From Micavibrio sp. (GTDB taxonomy: Bacteria; Patescibacteriota; Minisyncoccia; Moranbacterales; GCA-2747515), in assembly GCA_020718085.1 (NCBI GenBank), contig DYDB01000002.1, positions 113,161 to 177,160 of the forward strand: 64,000 nt of DNA, read 5' to 3'. This document shows, piece by piece, positions 1-8,944 of the stretch; within the stretch, counting starts at the first letter, position 1; each line of letters starts with the position of its first letter. The translations under genes were made by a program, and so were the position numbers. The notes beneath the pieces were generated by a model. That model was not told the DNA's origin. It did no database searches and was given only the letters and a program-made list of their open reading frames with translations.

Positions 1-426
1 CAGATCAAAAAATGGCTTGATGAGGGATGTGCAGTTGTCTTGGATCGTTATGTGAGCGCCAATCAAATTCATCAGGGTGGCAAGATCTCTGATGCACATA
101 AACGAAAAGATTTTCTTGCATGGTTACACAAAATGGAGTATGAGATTTTCAAACTCCCACAACCGGACATGGTAATCTATTTGGATGTGCCGCTCGATAT
201 GTCGGTTGAGTTGCTTGCGGGTGCACAGAATAAAAAGAGCTATCTCAAAGAGGGAGATACTGATCTTGTAGAACAAAATGTTGCATACTTGCGCAACGCG
301 CGTAATAGTGCTCTATGGCTTGCGCGAAATGAGACTGGATGGCATAAAATACAATGTGTCAAAGATGATCAATTGCGCACAATTGATGATATTCATGAAG
401 AAATGTTATCCTTAATTCAAAGATGA
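1..426 (+). CDS. tmk: thymidylate kinase, C-terminal part (5' end lies outside the window)
   Basis: Frame 1 is open from nt 1 (QIKKWLDEGCAVVLDRYVSANQ...). The LDRY motif and dTMP kinase-like C-terminal region are present. It sits immediately beside a thymidylate synthase gene. Confidence 0.6.
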   Translation, partial: QIKKWLDEGCAVVLDRYVSANQIHQGGKISDAHKRKDFLAWLHKMEYEIFKLPQPDMVIYLDVPLDMSVELLAGAQNKKSYLKEGDTDLVEQNVAYLRNARNSALWLARNETGWHKIQCVKDDQLRTIDDIHEEMLSLIQR

Positions 427-427
427 A

Positions 428-1873
428 CTATCGTTTTATTTCGATATCATGTGCGCCACGGCGTACATCAAACTCATGCGGCTCTGTATCCAGGTGGAGA
501 ACAAGGCCGCATTTTTTATATGTTTTGAGAAGATATTGTGCCATTTGTATTGCGCGTTTGCGTAGTGTGGGATGGACGAAGCGTGTGGAACGAAGTTCCA
601 CGAGGTAAGTGAGTCCGCCCAGATCGCCAACGATACGATTTGCTGTTTTGTAGCCCATGGCGATATAGTATTGACGCATTTCCGGAGTAACAGGAAGAGT
701 GGAGATTGCTTTTTCCTGCGCCATGAGGAGTTTCTGCGCCTTCTGTGCAATGTGTGGTGGTAATTCGTTGAGATACCATGATTCAAAGCCGATCTCTGTC
801 GTGAGGAGAGGCATGCGTTGTGTGATCGCACGATGTCTTTGAATATCCCGAAATGAGCCGAAGTCGAGTGTGAAATCAAACATAACATCGCCAAATTCAC
901 GACAATAGCGCGGCAATTCCGTTTTCATTGGGCGATTGTGCAAAATATCATAGGGAAGAAGTTTTTTGTCGATACGATTTTTTGTTATTGCAAAATCTGG
1001 GTGTTTTGCATTATGAAAATAATATGATTTTTCCATGATCTGTGCGTTATAATTTTCTGTATGATCAAATCGTTCATGATCGAAAGAATTTGGATATTGT
1101 TTACGTAGAGCGCGGTCGATCGCATTGGCAATATCTTGCACTTCTGTAAGAGGATGATGACGCAAGAGCATGAGCTTATCTGCTGCTTGGCGTAAGTTCG
1201 TGTGCCATGCAAGATTTGTGGTTGCACCGGCAGGAAGAAATCCACGTAGGATATCAAATGCGCGTGCATTAATAGCTTTGGTATACATCTTTTCGTTTTT
1301 TTCGTCATTGCAGGGAAATTGTTGTGTGAGGTGTGCGCGCACGTCGTCCATTGATGTGATATAAAATGTGCGCCATTTTTCCAGAATGTCGGAACCCTTT
1401 TTTGTTTGTAAGGGATTTAAAAAAGGTTGGTTTTTAAAATCAATATATCGTGTGGAAGATTCTTGTCCCGAATATAGAGGCCAATCTTGAATTGCCTTTG
1501 CTGCAAGCATCGACACGCCTTCTATGAAGATCGTTGCTGTACCACAATCCCCGATTGACTTGTGTCCATAACCAACATAGAAGCTCTTAATAAAATCGCC
1601 AGCACCTTTTTCTGCAAGGATCTTCAGGTGATGTTTCACTCCGCCTGTGGACCGAGAGTGTAGAGCTTGAAGCATTGCTGATGCCTCTGCATTGATCACA
1701 GCACCAGTATCCAATACAAAAATTGTTGCACCGGAAGGTGTTTTGGCTATAGTGTGTTCGAGCAGATCAGTTCTTTCGATTGATTTGATGATGGATTCTG
1801 TGGCTTCTGGGGAGCTCTGTTGCGCTGTGAGGATCTGTGCAATGGCTTTCTGTAATTTTTTTCGATTCTTCAT
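428..1873 (-). CDS. thyX: flavin-dependent thymidylate synthase ThyX, long tandem-domain form (~482 aa from the Met at 1873)
   Basis: Two ThyX-like halves. The first carries IEGVS...SGQESSTRY and the second RHRAITQRM (RHR motif). It is adjacent to and convergent with tmk. The ORF-track 5' extension to 1948 would overlap the next gene, so the ATG at 1873 is preferred. Confidence 0.55.
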   Translation of the reverse strand: MKNRKKLQKAIAQILTAQQSSPEATESIIKSIERTDLLEHTIAKTPSGATIFVLDTGAVINAEASAMLQALHSRSTGGVKHHLKILAEKGAGDFIKSFYVGYGHKSIGDCGTATIFIEGVSMLAAKAIQDWPLYSGQESSTRYIDFKNQPFLNPLQTKKGSDILEKWRTFYITSMDDVRAHLTQQFPCNDEKNEKMYTKAINARAFDILRGFLPAGATTNLAWHTNLRQAADKLMLLRHHPLTEVQDIANAIDRALRKQYPNSFDHERFDHTENYNAQIMEKSYYFHNAKHPDFAITKNRIDKKLLPYDILHNRPMKTELPRYCREFGDVMFDFTLDFGSFRDIQRHRAITQRMPLLTTEIGFESWYLNELPPHIAQKAQKLLMAQEKAISTLPVTPEMRQYYIAMGYKTANRIVGDLGGLTYLVELRSTRFVHPTLRKRAIQMAQYLLKTYKKCGLVLHLDTEPHEFDVRRGAHDIEIKR

Positions 1874-1898
1874 AAGCCTAATAAGTTTACTGATAAAT

Positions 1899-3161
1899 TT
1901 AGAGATAAAGATTTGGATTGACTGTTGCGCCACTGGGAATATATACATCAGCCACCTTTGATGATTCTACCACTTCAAATGTAGTTTCTGCAAAAACGCT
2001 AAAATGAAGATGGGTGCCGGTAGAAAATCCCGTATTGCCCATTGTACCGATCTTATCGCCTTTATCGATCTTTTCACCGCGAGAAACTTTTACGGAACTC
2101 ATGTGCCCATAAAGTGTTACAAGTCCGTTGCCATGGTCGATTGCTGCCCATTTACCATAACCATATCTACCCATATCACCAGTTGCCTTGACCTTACCGT
2201 CCGCAGGAGCGATGATGCTTTTATCGCCTTGTGCGACAAAATCAATGCCATTATGCACACCTGTGGAATAGTTGTGTGAAAATGTCGTTTTGCCATAACC
2301 TTGTGTGATGGTGTATGGTTTTTTGACAGGGTAATCAAAATCAGCGTCACCTCTGTCCGGAAGGTCTGCAAGCGAAAAAGTACCAACTTGACCCGTGGAA
2401 AGATCACTGATCTCTTGCTGAATTGCCAATTGTTCTTGTACAACCTTGGATAGTTTCTCTTGATATTTTCCTTCCTCTACCGATACTTCTGCAGCTAAGA
2501 CTTTTTTATAATTTTTGGAATCTTCAAGATTGTTGTTGCGTTGTTCCAATTCGTACTTTGCATCCTGAATGCGTTGATTTTTTTTCTCCAGTATTTCTTG
2601 ATCTTTTTTCAACTCTTCTTGTTCAGTATGAATTCTTTTTACAAAATCTCCTACGCCAGAAGTGGCAAATGAGAGATTTCCTTTATGTGTTGTTTGGTCA
2701 CTTATGCCGATATTAAGTGCAGTAAAATATTTGGTTTTTTCGGAATAATTTTGATATTTTTCCCGAAGAAATTTTTCCAAAATCCTCTTCTGTAGGACAA
2801 TATGTTGTTCTTTTTGCGCGATCTCATTCTTTGTACGTTCAATATCTTTCGTTAATTCTTCTATTTCCTGAGCGCTTTCTTGAATTGTTTTTTCAATTTT
2901 TGTGCTCTCACTCTCGATCTTTGTGATCTGTGCACTGATGATCTCTTTTTCCTTTTGTTTTAATTCAATGATATCGCGATATTTCTGTTCTTTCTTTTCC
3001 AGATCTTCCAATTCATTATAACGATCATCAATTGCATCGTCTGTTGAGGGTGTCTCTGCGGCAAAAATAGGCAATGTTGACCATTGCAAAGATAGAACCA
3101 AAAAAATTGCACAGGTAGTGAAGTTTATATGTAGATATTTGTATATTTTTCTATTTTTCAT
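1899..3161 (-). CDS. secreted M23 (LytM) family metallopeptidase with N-terminal coiled coil (EnvC-like)
   Basis: N-terminal signal peptide, followed by a long E/K-rich heptad region. The C-terminus has M23 motifs HNGIDF ... HLHFSVF. Confidence 0.8.
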   Translation of the reverse strand: MKNRKIYKYLHINFTTCAIFLVLSLQWSTLPIFAAETPSTDDAIDDRYNELEDLEKKEQKYRDIIELKQKEKEIISAQITKIESESTKIEKTIQESAQEIEELTKDIERTKNEIAQKEQHIVLQKRILEKFLREKYQNYSEKTKYFTALNIGISDQTTHKGNLSFATSGVGDFVKRIHTEQEELKKDQEILEKKNQRIQDAKYELEQRNNNLEDSKNYKKVLAAEVSVEEGKYQEKLSKVVQEQLAIQQEISDLSTGQVGTFSLADLPDRGDADFDYPVKKPYTITQGYGKTTFSHNYSTGVHNGIDFVAQGDKSIIAPADGKVKATGDMGRYGYGKWAAIDHGNGLVTLYGHMSSVKVSRGEKIDKGDKIGTMGNTGFSTGTHLHFSVFAETTFEVVESSKVADVYIPSGATVNPNLYL

Positions 3162-3205
3162 AACGTGTCTATTGTAACAAAAGATCGTGTAAATATCCAG
3201 AATTT

Positions 3206-3233
3206 GACAAATGTTCGTATTACTGTAAAATAA
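3206..3233 (+). promoter_or_regulatory. sigma70-like promoter candidate (TTGACA-16-TAAAAT)
   Basis: TTGACA at 3206, 16-nt spacer, TAAAAT. Lies in the 550-bp intergenic region upstream of a tyrA leader region. Confidence 0.3.
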
Positions 3234-3378
3234 TCATTGTTATCAATTAATGTACGATTTGTGCATATAAACGGAGCAAAATTTTGGTATTATTTTGCTT
3301 TCTACTTTACAAGTAGAGACCGTTTTGTTTTTGCGCAAATTTATACATAGATAATAGAAAAAATTTGCAGTAAAAATA

Positions 3379-3410
3379 GGCCGGTCTCACGTGTGAGACG
3401 GGTTTTTTGT
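3379..3410 (+). terminator. intrinsic terminator-like hairpin (GGTCTCAC/GTGAGACC) plus T6
   Basis: ccggtctcacgtgtgagacgg followed by gttttttg. Confidence 0.5.
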
Positions 3411-3462
3411 TCTTTGAGGCGTCACACAAAAGTCAAATACTCACTATAGGAGAGGTCAGCAC

Positions 3463-3621
3463 ATGAAGGTTACAAATCAGGAAGAAAAACAACAACAGAT
3501 CACTGAATTAAAAGTTGGAAAATCACCAGGGGATCAGGATATTGTTGATAAGAAACAGACAGATCCAAGATATGGTTCTCGTGATCTAAAAAGTGAGATT
3601 GGGCGCGACGCCGGTTGGTGA
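3463..3621 (+). CDS. small hypothetical protein (52 aa) in the tyrA upstream region
   Basis: ATG preceded by AGGAGAGG at -7 nt. Translates to MKVTNQEEKQQQITELKVGKSPGDQDIVDKKQTDPRYGSRDLKSEIGRDAGW. It falls below the ORF-track cutoff. Confidence 0.3.
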   Translation: MKVTNQEEKQQQITELKVGKSPGDQDIVDKKQTDPRYGSRDLKSEIGRDAGW

Positions 3622-3650
3622 GAAAAAGATTTCTGCTGCAATATAAGCCT

Positions 3651-3683
3651 GGGACAGAGCATGTAACACATGTTCTGTCCCGA
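3651..3683 (+). promoter_or_regulatory. 14-bp stem-loop (loop AAC) between the small ORF and tyrA
   Basis: gggacagagcatgt aac acatgttctgtccc, near-perfect stem with no downstream T-run. Confidence 0.35.
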
Positions 3684-3712
3684 TAATAAATCCATCTATT
3701 TAAAAAAAGATT

Positions 3713-4558
3713 ATGCAAAAAATTTATACGCCACATACAGTGGGAATAATTGGTGGCAAAGGCCGCATGGGGCAAAAATTTCAACAGGCATTAACAGGCT
3801 GTGGTATGCATGTGATCGTAGCGGACGTTGATACACCGAAAACAAATCGTGATGTGGCAGCGGAAAGTGATGTAGTGATCGTTTCTGTGCCAATTCGTTA
3901 CACAGAACATGTTCTTCGCGATATTGCACCGGTCATGCAAGCGGGATCACTTCTTACTGATCTTACATCTGTTAAAATATTGCCCATGACTGTCATGCAG
4001 GAACGTGTTGGTGATGATGTGGGATTTGTGGGAGGGCATCCGCTCTTTGCGCCATCAACAGATTGGAAAAAACAACATTTTATTCTTTGTGAAGGTGCGG
4101 AAAGTATGTTCACGGCATGGTACAGGAATTTTTTGCTTTCTCTGGGTTTGGAGATCATTGATATGTCCGCGGTTGAACATGATCGACACATGGCGATCAT
4201 TCAATGTTTAACTCACTTTTCCAATGTTGCACTTGGGTCCGCACTCGAGAAGTTACACTACGATCTTCACAGGGGGGAAAAAATTTCTACATCGGTGTAC
4301 AAGATGCGATTGTATGGTGTCGGTCGTATTCTTGCGCAAGATCCAATGCTCTATGCAGATATTCAAAAATTCAATCCATATGCGAAAGAGGTGAGTGAGG
4401 TGTATCTTGCATCTGTACAAGAATTGTGTGCGTCCATTACGGATGGAGACGGTTTTGTGGAAATTTTTAAGAGGGATCAGAAATATTTTGGTGACTTTAC
4501 ACAAAAATCACTTCAGATCACAGACCAATTAATTAAAACCATGAACAAATATGAATAA
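3713..4558 (+). CDS. tyrA: prephenate dehydrogenase
   Basis: Rossmann motif IIGGKGRMG and the PDH family dimerisation domain. First gene of an operon with pheA and an aminotransferase. Confidence 0.8.
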   Translation: MQKIYTPHTVGIIGGKGRMGQKFQQALTGCGMHVIVADVDTPKTNRDVAAESDVVIVSVPIRYTEHVLRDIAPVMQAGSLLTDLTSVKILPMTVMQERVGDDVGFVGGHPLFAPSTDWKKQHFILCEGAESMFTAWYRNFLLSLGLEIIDMSAVEHDRHMAIIQCLTHFSNVALGSALEKLHYDLHRGEKISTSVYKMRLYGVGRILAQDPMLYADIQKFNPYAKEVSEVYLASVQELCASITDGDGFVEIFKRDQKYFGDFTQKSLQITDQLIKTMNKYE

Positions 4559-5354
4559 AATCTATGCTCTCGGACCACAATTTAGTTATTCTTATAATTT
4601 GGCAGTACGCGCTTATGATGCAAAGTGTGTGTATTGTGTGCAAAATATCCATGATGTATTCACACATGTAATGCAGGAAAATGATGCAAGGGGCATTGTG
4701 CCAATCGAAAATATGCTCACAGGGTCTGTGCGTGAAAGTCTTCTCGCTCTTAAAAAATATAGCATTTGTATTGAACGATCTTTTGATCTGCACATTGAAC
4801 ATGTTCTTGCATCGCATAACCGTACATATACAAAGATCGTTTCACACGGGCAACCCCTCGCACAATGTAGTGAGTTCATACGTACAAAAAAATGTGAAAT
4901 TGTGGAGGCGTCATCTACATCTGCAGCAATGCAAATGGCAGCATCAGATCCATCTGTTGCAGCTATTGGTAATGTAGAAGCAACACAATATTATAATGTG
5001 CCAATCGTGGAGCAACGTATCAGTGATCGAACTCATAATATCACACGATTTATTGAAATTCGTAACAATACGAGAACTTGTACGAATTCTGGTACAAAAA
5101 CGTCAATGATCATTACACCACGAGAGGATCGCGCAGGGTTATTGTTCGAGATCTTGTCTGTTTTTGAAATTAAGGAGATCAATTTAACAAAGATCGAATC
5201 CATGCCGACGGGAAATAAAATGAATGATTATATCTTTTATATTGACATTGATGGTGCACTGAAAGAAACGCGTGTGCAAGATGCGATCAATTTCTTACGC
5301 ACATTTGTTACTGTGGATGTATTTGGAAGTTATAATATAGAAGAAATAAATTAA
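4551..5354 (+). CDS. pheA: prephenate dehydratase with C-terminal ACT domain
   Basis: PDT domain with the TKIESMP (ESRP-like) motif and an ACT regulatory domain. Overlaps tyrA by 8 nt. Confidence 0.8.
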   Translation: MNKIYALGPQFSYSYNLAVRAYDAKCVYCVQNIHDVFTHVMQENDARGIVPIENMLTGSVRESLLALKKYSICIERSFDLHIEHVLASHNRTYTKIVSHGQPLAQCSEFIRTKKCEIVEASSTSAAMQMAASDPSVAAIGNVEATQYYNVPIVEQRISDRTHNITRFIEIRNNTRTCTNSGTKTSMIITPREDRAGLLFEILSVFEIKEINLTKIESMPTGNKMNDYIFYIDIDGALKETRVQDAINFLRTFVTVDVFGSYNIEEIN

Positions 5355-5363
5355 TATAACATC

Positions 5364-6470
5364 ATGAAAATATCAAAGCGTGTACAGGCTATGGATGCAA
5401 GTGGGATCAGAAAGGTTTTTGCACTTGCCAAAGAATTAAAAGACCCGATCGATCTCAGTATTGGACAGCCAGATTTTATGGTGCCAAAAAATATTAAAGA
5501 TTCGGCATGTCATGCAATTCAGACTGACTATAATCGTTATTCATTGACGCAGGGCATTGATGAATTGCGTGATGAGGTCGTAAGTAAATTAAAAAACAAA
5601 AATAAGATCAGTGCGTGCAGGAAAAATATTCTAATCACCTCGGCTGTTTCTGGTGGACTTAGTGTTATTTTGCCATGTATCCTTGATCACGGTGATGAAG
5701 TGGTCATTTTTGATCCGCACTTTGTAGGATATAAGCAGCTCGTTCTTCTCTATGGTGGTGTACCGATAAATGTAAATAAAAGATTTGATTTTTCAATCGA
5801 CTTCAATGCATTGGAGCAGGTTATAACACAAAAAACACGGGCAATTGTCTTTAATACGCCAGAAAATCCAACAGGTCATGTGAGTGATCACGAGGAAATT
5901 CGTATGTTGGCAGAATTTGCGCGTAAATATGATCTCTATGTGATCTCTGATGAAATATATGAAGATTTTGTCTATGACGGTGAGCACATTTCCATCGGTT
6001 CTCTCTATGAAAAAACAATAACAGTGGGAGGATTTTCCAAATCACATGCCATGACAGGGTGGCGCGTGGGTTATTTGTGCGCGCCAGATGATTTAGTGAA
6101 TGAAATGGTCAAAGTACAACAATACACATTTGTTTGTGCTCCAGCACCTTTTCAATATGCGGCCATAGATGCTCTGCATACAGATATGTCGGATTTTGTG
6201 TTGCAATATAAGAAAAAGCGCACTACCATCTATGATGGACTGAAAGATTATTATGAGATGATGCAGTCAGGTGGAGCGTTTTATTTTTTTATAAAATATC
6301 CTTATGATCCGGAAAAATTCATTGCACGATGTATGGAAAATAATTTACTTGTCATTCCGGGAAATGTTTTTAGTGCACATAATACACACTTTCGTATTTC
6401 TTTTGCAACAACTGATGAAAAATTACATAAAGCGATTACAATATTGCAGCATATCGCAAAAGAGGTGTAA
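5364..6470 (+). CDS. class I/II PLP-dependent aminotransferase (aromatic/histidinol-phosphate type)
   Basis: SKSHAMTGWRVGY PLP-lysine region. Third gene of the tyrA-pheA operon. Confidence 0.75.
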   Translation: MKISKRVQAMDASGIRKVFALAKELKDPIDLSIGQPDFMVPKNIKDSACHAIQTDYNRYSLTQGIDELRDEVVSKLKNKNKISACRKNILITSAVSGGLSVILPCILDHGDEVVIFDPHFVGYKQLVLLYGGVPINVNKRFDFSIDFNALEQVITQKTRAIVFNTPENPTGHVSDHEEIRMLAEFARKYDLYVISDEIYEDFVYDGEHISIGSLYEKTITVGGFSKSHAMTGWRVGYLCAPDDLVNEMVKVQQYTFVCAPAPFQYAAIDALHTDMSDFVLQYKKKRTTIYDGLKDYYEMMQSGGAFYFFIKYPYDPEKFIARCMENNLLVIPGNVFSAHNTHFRISFATTDEKLHKAITILQHIAKEV

Positions 6471-6521
6471 GAGTGTACATTTTTAAGATGTCCCAAGTGT
6501 GAATAGTTGCTGTGTGAGATT

Positions 6522-6550
6522 TTGACAAAAAAAAGAAATGGCATATAATG
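6522..6550 (+). promoter_or_regulatory. near-consensus sigma70 promoter TTGACA-17-TATAAT
   Basis: TTGACA at 6522-6527, 17-nt spacer, TATAAT at 6545-6550. It lies just downstream of the aminotransferase stop. Confidence 0.55.
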
Positions 6551-6558
6551 GAAATGTT

Positions 6559-6657
6559 ATGACAATATATTCAACGCAAAAATTTTATTCAGTGGTGGTC
6601 TCAATTATTATTATGCTGACAGCGAGAAGTCAGTTCGTTTTTGCGGGTAGAGAATAA
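6559..6657 (+). CDS. candidate 32-codon hydrophobic small ORF / leader peptide inside a ~150-nt promoter-to-terminator unit (possibly an sRNA instead)
   Basis: ATG only ~9 nt after the -10 element. Translates to MTIYSTQKFYSVVVSIIIMLTARSQFVFAGRE. Its 3' part is complementary to the 5' arm of the downstream terminator. Confidence 0.25.
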   Translation: MTIYSTQKFYSVVVSIIIMLTARSQFVFAGRE

Positions 6658-6681
6658 AAATCTTCACATGCCAATAAAAAC

Positions 6682-6712
6682 AAGCTGACTTCTCAGGGAG
6701 TCAGCTTTTTTG
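6682..6712 (+). terminator. intrinsic terminator (AAGCTGACT/AGTCAGCTT stem, T6)
   Basis: aagctgacttctcagggagtcagcttttttg. Confidence 0.65.
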
Positions 6713-6760
6713 TTCTTTAAGAGAAAAAGATATTATCACAAAAATTTCAGTGAGGTATGT

Positions 6761-7069
6761 ATGAGCAAATGTATTGACTTTTATCATCAAAGGCTTCCTT
6801 TGGAACATGTTATTGTTGTCATGCAATTAGAAAAAGGAGGATCTTGGGTTTCACATGGTGATGCGATTCCTGTAGATGAGCGTTGGGATAATGGTATGGT
6901 TGTGGATGCGCATGTTATTGGTGCATGTATGTTCAATAATTCTGGTGTATGCGTTCTATATCGTACGTCACAAAATTCTCTCATTTCTCTTTTCGTGGAC
7001 AAGGGGGAAAAAGGGAGTGTTTTTCAACAATTAATGGATCGCAAAAAGGAGGTATTGGAAACTGTATGA
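6761..7069 (+). CDS. hypothetical protein (103 aa from ATG 6761)
   Basis: ORF with a GAGGT RBS. The 6710 start in the ORF track would overlap the terminator, so 6761 is preferred. Confidence 0.45.
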   Translation: MSKCIDFYHQRLPLEHVIVVMQLEKGGSWVSHGDAIPVDERWDNGMVVDAHVIGACMFNNSGVCVLYRTSQNSLISLFVDKGEKGSVFQQLMDRKKEVLETV

Positions 7070-7128
7070 TAGTTATGTGATGTAAAGAATTGTGTACTGC
7101 AAAAAAAATTATTGTAAGGAGAAACACA

Positions 7129-7308
7129 ATGGCTGGAGCTGGTTCTACTGGGGAAAAAAATGTGATGCGTGTTGTTGAAGAGATCGAGGGAGGTGGATCA
7201 GTGACTCTTTTTGAAAAACCGATCGATCCTGTAGGTCCGACGCGAGAGGAGATAGAAAGTCTTGCGGAGTGGGAAAAAAACCTCTTCAAACCGCCTGAAA
7301 AAGAGTAA
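7129..7308 (+). CDS. small acidic hypothetical protein (59 aa)
   Basis: AAGGAG RBS 7 nt upstream of the ATG at 7129. Sequence MAGAGSTGEKNVMRVVEEIEGGGSVTLFEKPIDPVGPTREEIESLAEWEKNLFKPPEKE. Confidence 0.4.
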   Translation: MAGAGSTGEKNVMRVVEEIEGGGSVTLFEKPIDPVGPTREEIESLAEWEKNLFKPPEKE

Positions 7309-7378
7309 AATTTTTGTGATGATCATCATTTAGTATTGTGAAATGATATAAACGATCACAATACAATGCAAAAAATAC

Positions 7379-7409
7379 CAAGAGGGAGTCGTATAATGCG
7401 TCTCCCTCT
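7379..7409. terminator. bidirectional terminator hairpin (12-bp stem, one mismatch) between convergent genes
   Basis: aagagggagtcgtataatgcgtctccctctt with T-runs on both strands. It abuts the stop of the minus-strand phosphoesterase gene. Confidence 0.5.
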
Positions 7410-7907
7410 TTAATTTTTGATGATCATTTCTGTGGCTTGTGTCAGTGTATCAAAAATTGCAAAACTTATGATATTGTTTGGATATAGTGTTAGTTTGCCA
7501 GGGTTGATCATCGGCACTGTGCCAATCTTCTCATTACACATAATATGTGTATGACCATGAAAAACAGCATCATAGTCATGACTTTTTGCAGCATTTTCTG
7601 CAAGTTCTTTGTAATGGGAAAGAAAATAGCGGTTTTCCTCCAGTATGATCTCTCCAAACTCTCGCGAGGCAAATGTGCATTGTGGATTTTTTTGTGATGC
7701 TAGAAACATAGTTTGCTTGTCGCCGTCATTATTGCCCCATATGCCAAAGATCGGGATAGGAGCAGTGATCAATCTTTCGATGATATACGGAGAACAATAA
7801 TCACCTAATGCAAAAATATACGATATATCATACTTTTTTATTTCATCAAGAAACCATGTGAGATGATCAATCTGATCATGAATATCAGAAACAATGGCAA
7901 TTTTCAT
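7410..7907 (-). CDS. metallophosphoesterase (calcineurin-like, YfcE family)
   Basis: Motifs MKIAIVSDIHD, GDYCSP, GNNDGD and GHTH. Confidence 0.75.
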   Translation of the reverse strand: MKIAIVSDIHDQIDHLTWFLDEIKKYDISYIFALGDYCSPYIIERLITAPIPIFGIWGNNDGDKQTMFLASQKNPQCTFASREFGEIILEENRYFLSHYKELAENAAKSHDYDAVFHGHTHIMCNEKIGTVPMINPGKLTLYPNNIISFAIFDTLTQATEMIIKN

Positions 7908-7916
7908 AGTGCAGAT

Positions 7917-8753
7917 CTAATAATTATTACGATATGTGTGAAAAATTTCTGATAATTTCACTGTTAGTGTGCCGGGTTTTCCAGTGCCAATTTTGTGCTT
8001 GTCGATCTTTGTAATGGGGAGGATATGTTTTGCGGATCCTGTAATAAAAATTTCATCTGCAGAAAGCAATTCTTCCACAGTTATTTCTCGTTCTGATACA
8101 GGGATGTGGTTTTTACGTGCAAGAGACAGAACAACTTTACGTGTCACGCCATGAAATATATTATTGCGAGTTGTTGTAAGTATGCCATCGGTAATCATGA
8201 ATATATTACTTGTGGCACACTCGAGTATGAGACCATCATGCGTATATAATATTTCCATCGCTTTTAGGGCATTGCGATTTTTTTGGTTTTTGATCGCTTC
8301 GATGTAGGATGTTGTTTTGCTGGAAAAATGCGCGCGCATATAATCATCTGTGATGATCTTTGCACCTTTTTTATATACGTCTTCTGGTGGTGTGAATTGA
8401 TCCATGTCATGCAAGAGGATAAAGAACGTTGGATCAGCAGGTAAAGAAATTCCATTGGGGCTTATACCTCCTGTAAGAACTGTGCGTATGCTAGTGTTGC
8501 GATAAGGACTTTTGGCGAGAAGTTTTGAAATGATCTGTGTGTATTCTTCTCGTGTCACAGGAAGTGAGAGTTGCAGATCCTTGGCACTTTTTACCAAGCC
8601 ATTCCAGTGATCCAAAAGATGAAATGGCTTGCCATTTGTAGCACACATAACATCGAATACGCCGTAACCGCGCAACATACCTAGGTCAAATGGACTGATG
8701 CAAGCCTTTGATTCTTCAATGATCTTTCCGTTTATATAACAGTATTTTTTCAT
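7917..8753 (-). CDS. class IV PLP aminotransferase (branched-chain / D-amino-acid aminotransferase or ADC lyase family)
   Basis: Fold-type IV aminotransferase architecture, ~278 aa. Confidence 0.65.
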   Translation of the reverse strand: MKKYCYINGKIIEESKACISPFDLGMLRGYGVFDVMCATNGKPFHLLDHWNGLVKSAKDLQLSLPVTREEYTQIISKLLAKSPYRNTSIRTVLTGGISPNGISLPADPTFFILLHDMDQFTPPEDVYKKGAKIITDDYMRAHFSSKTTSYIEAIKNQKNRNALKAMEILYTHDGLILECATSNIFMITDGILTTTRNNIFHGVTRKVVLSLARKNHIPVSEREITVEELLSADEIFITGSAKHILPITKIDKHKIGTGKPGTLTVKLSEIFHTYRNNY

Positions 8754-8855
8754 AACGATCTTTAAACATGTAAGGAATTTTCATTATAGCATGATGAGGA
8801 GCTGATTAAAATATCCAATTGATCTTGTTTGATGAGATTTATGGCTAGACTGTTG

Positions 8856-8884
8856 ACATGTGATAGATTCAGTGATAGTATTTT
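8856..8884 (+). promoter_or_regulatory. sigma70-like promoter TTGACA-17-TAGTAT with GTGATAG direct repeats
   Basis: ttgacatgtgatagattcagtgatagtat. GTGATAG occurs twice with a 5-nt gap. Confidence 0.4.
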
Positions 8885-8944
8885 ATGTCGTTAAAAAATA
8901 ACCGATAGAGATAAACAATCCAATTCATTTCCAAGGAGGTAAAA

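Noticed and set aside
423-900. Short plus- and minus-frame ORFs (61-154 aa) overlapping thyX
   Set aside because: Nested inside the thyX reading frame with no independent support.
3434-3456. T7 class-III promoter look-alike (aatACTCACTATAGGagagg, a 12-nt match to ACTCACTATAGG)
   Set aside because: Only the -10 to +2 core matches and the upstream TAATACGAC part does not. It overlaps the RBS of the small ORF. There is no phage context or T7-like RNAP gene in the window, so it is most likely coincidence.
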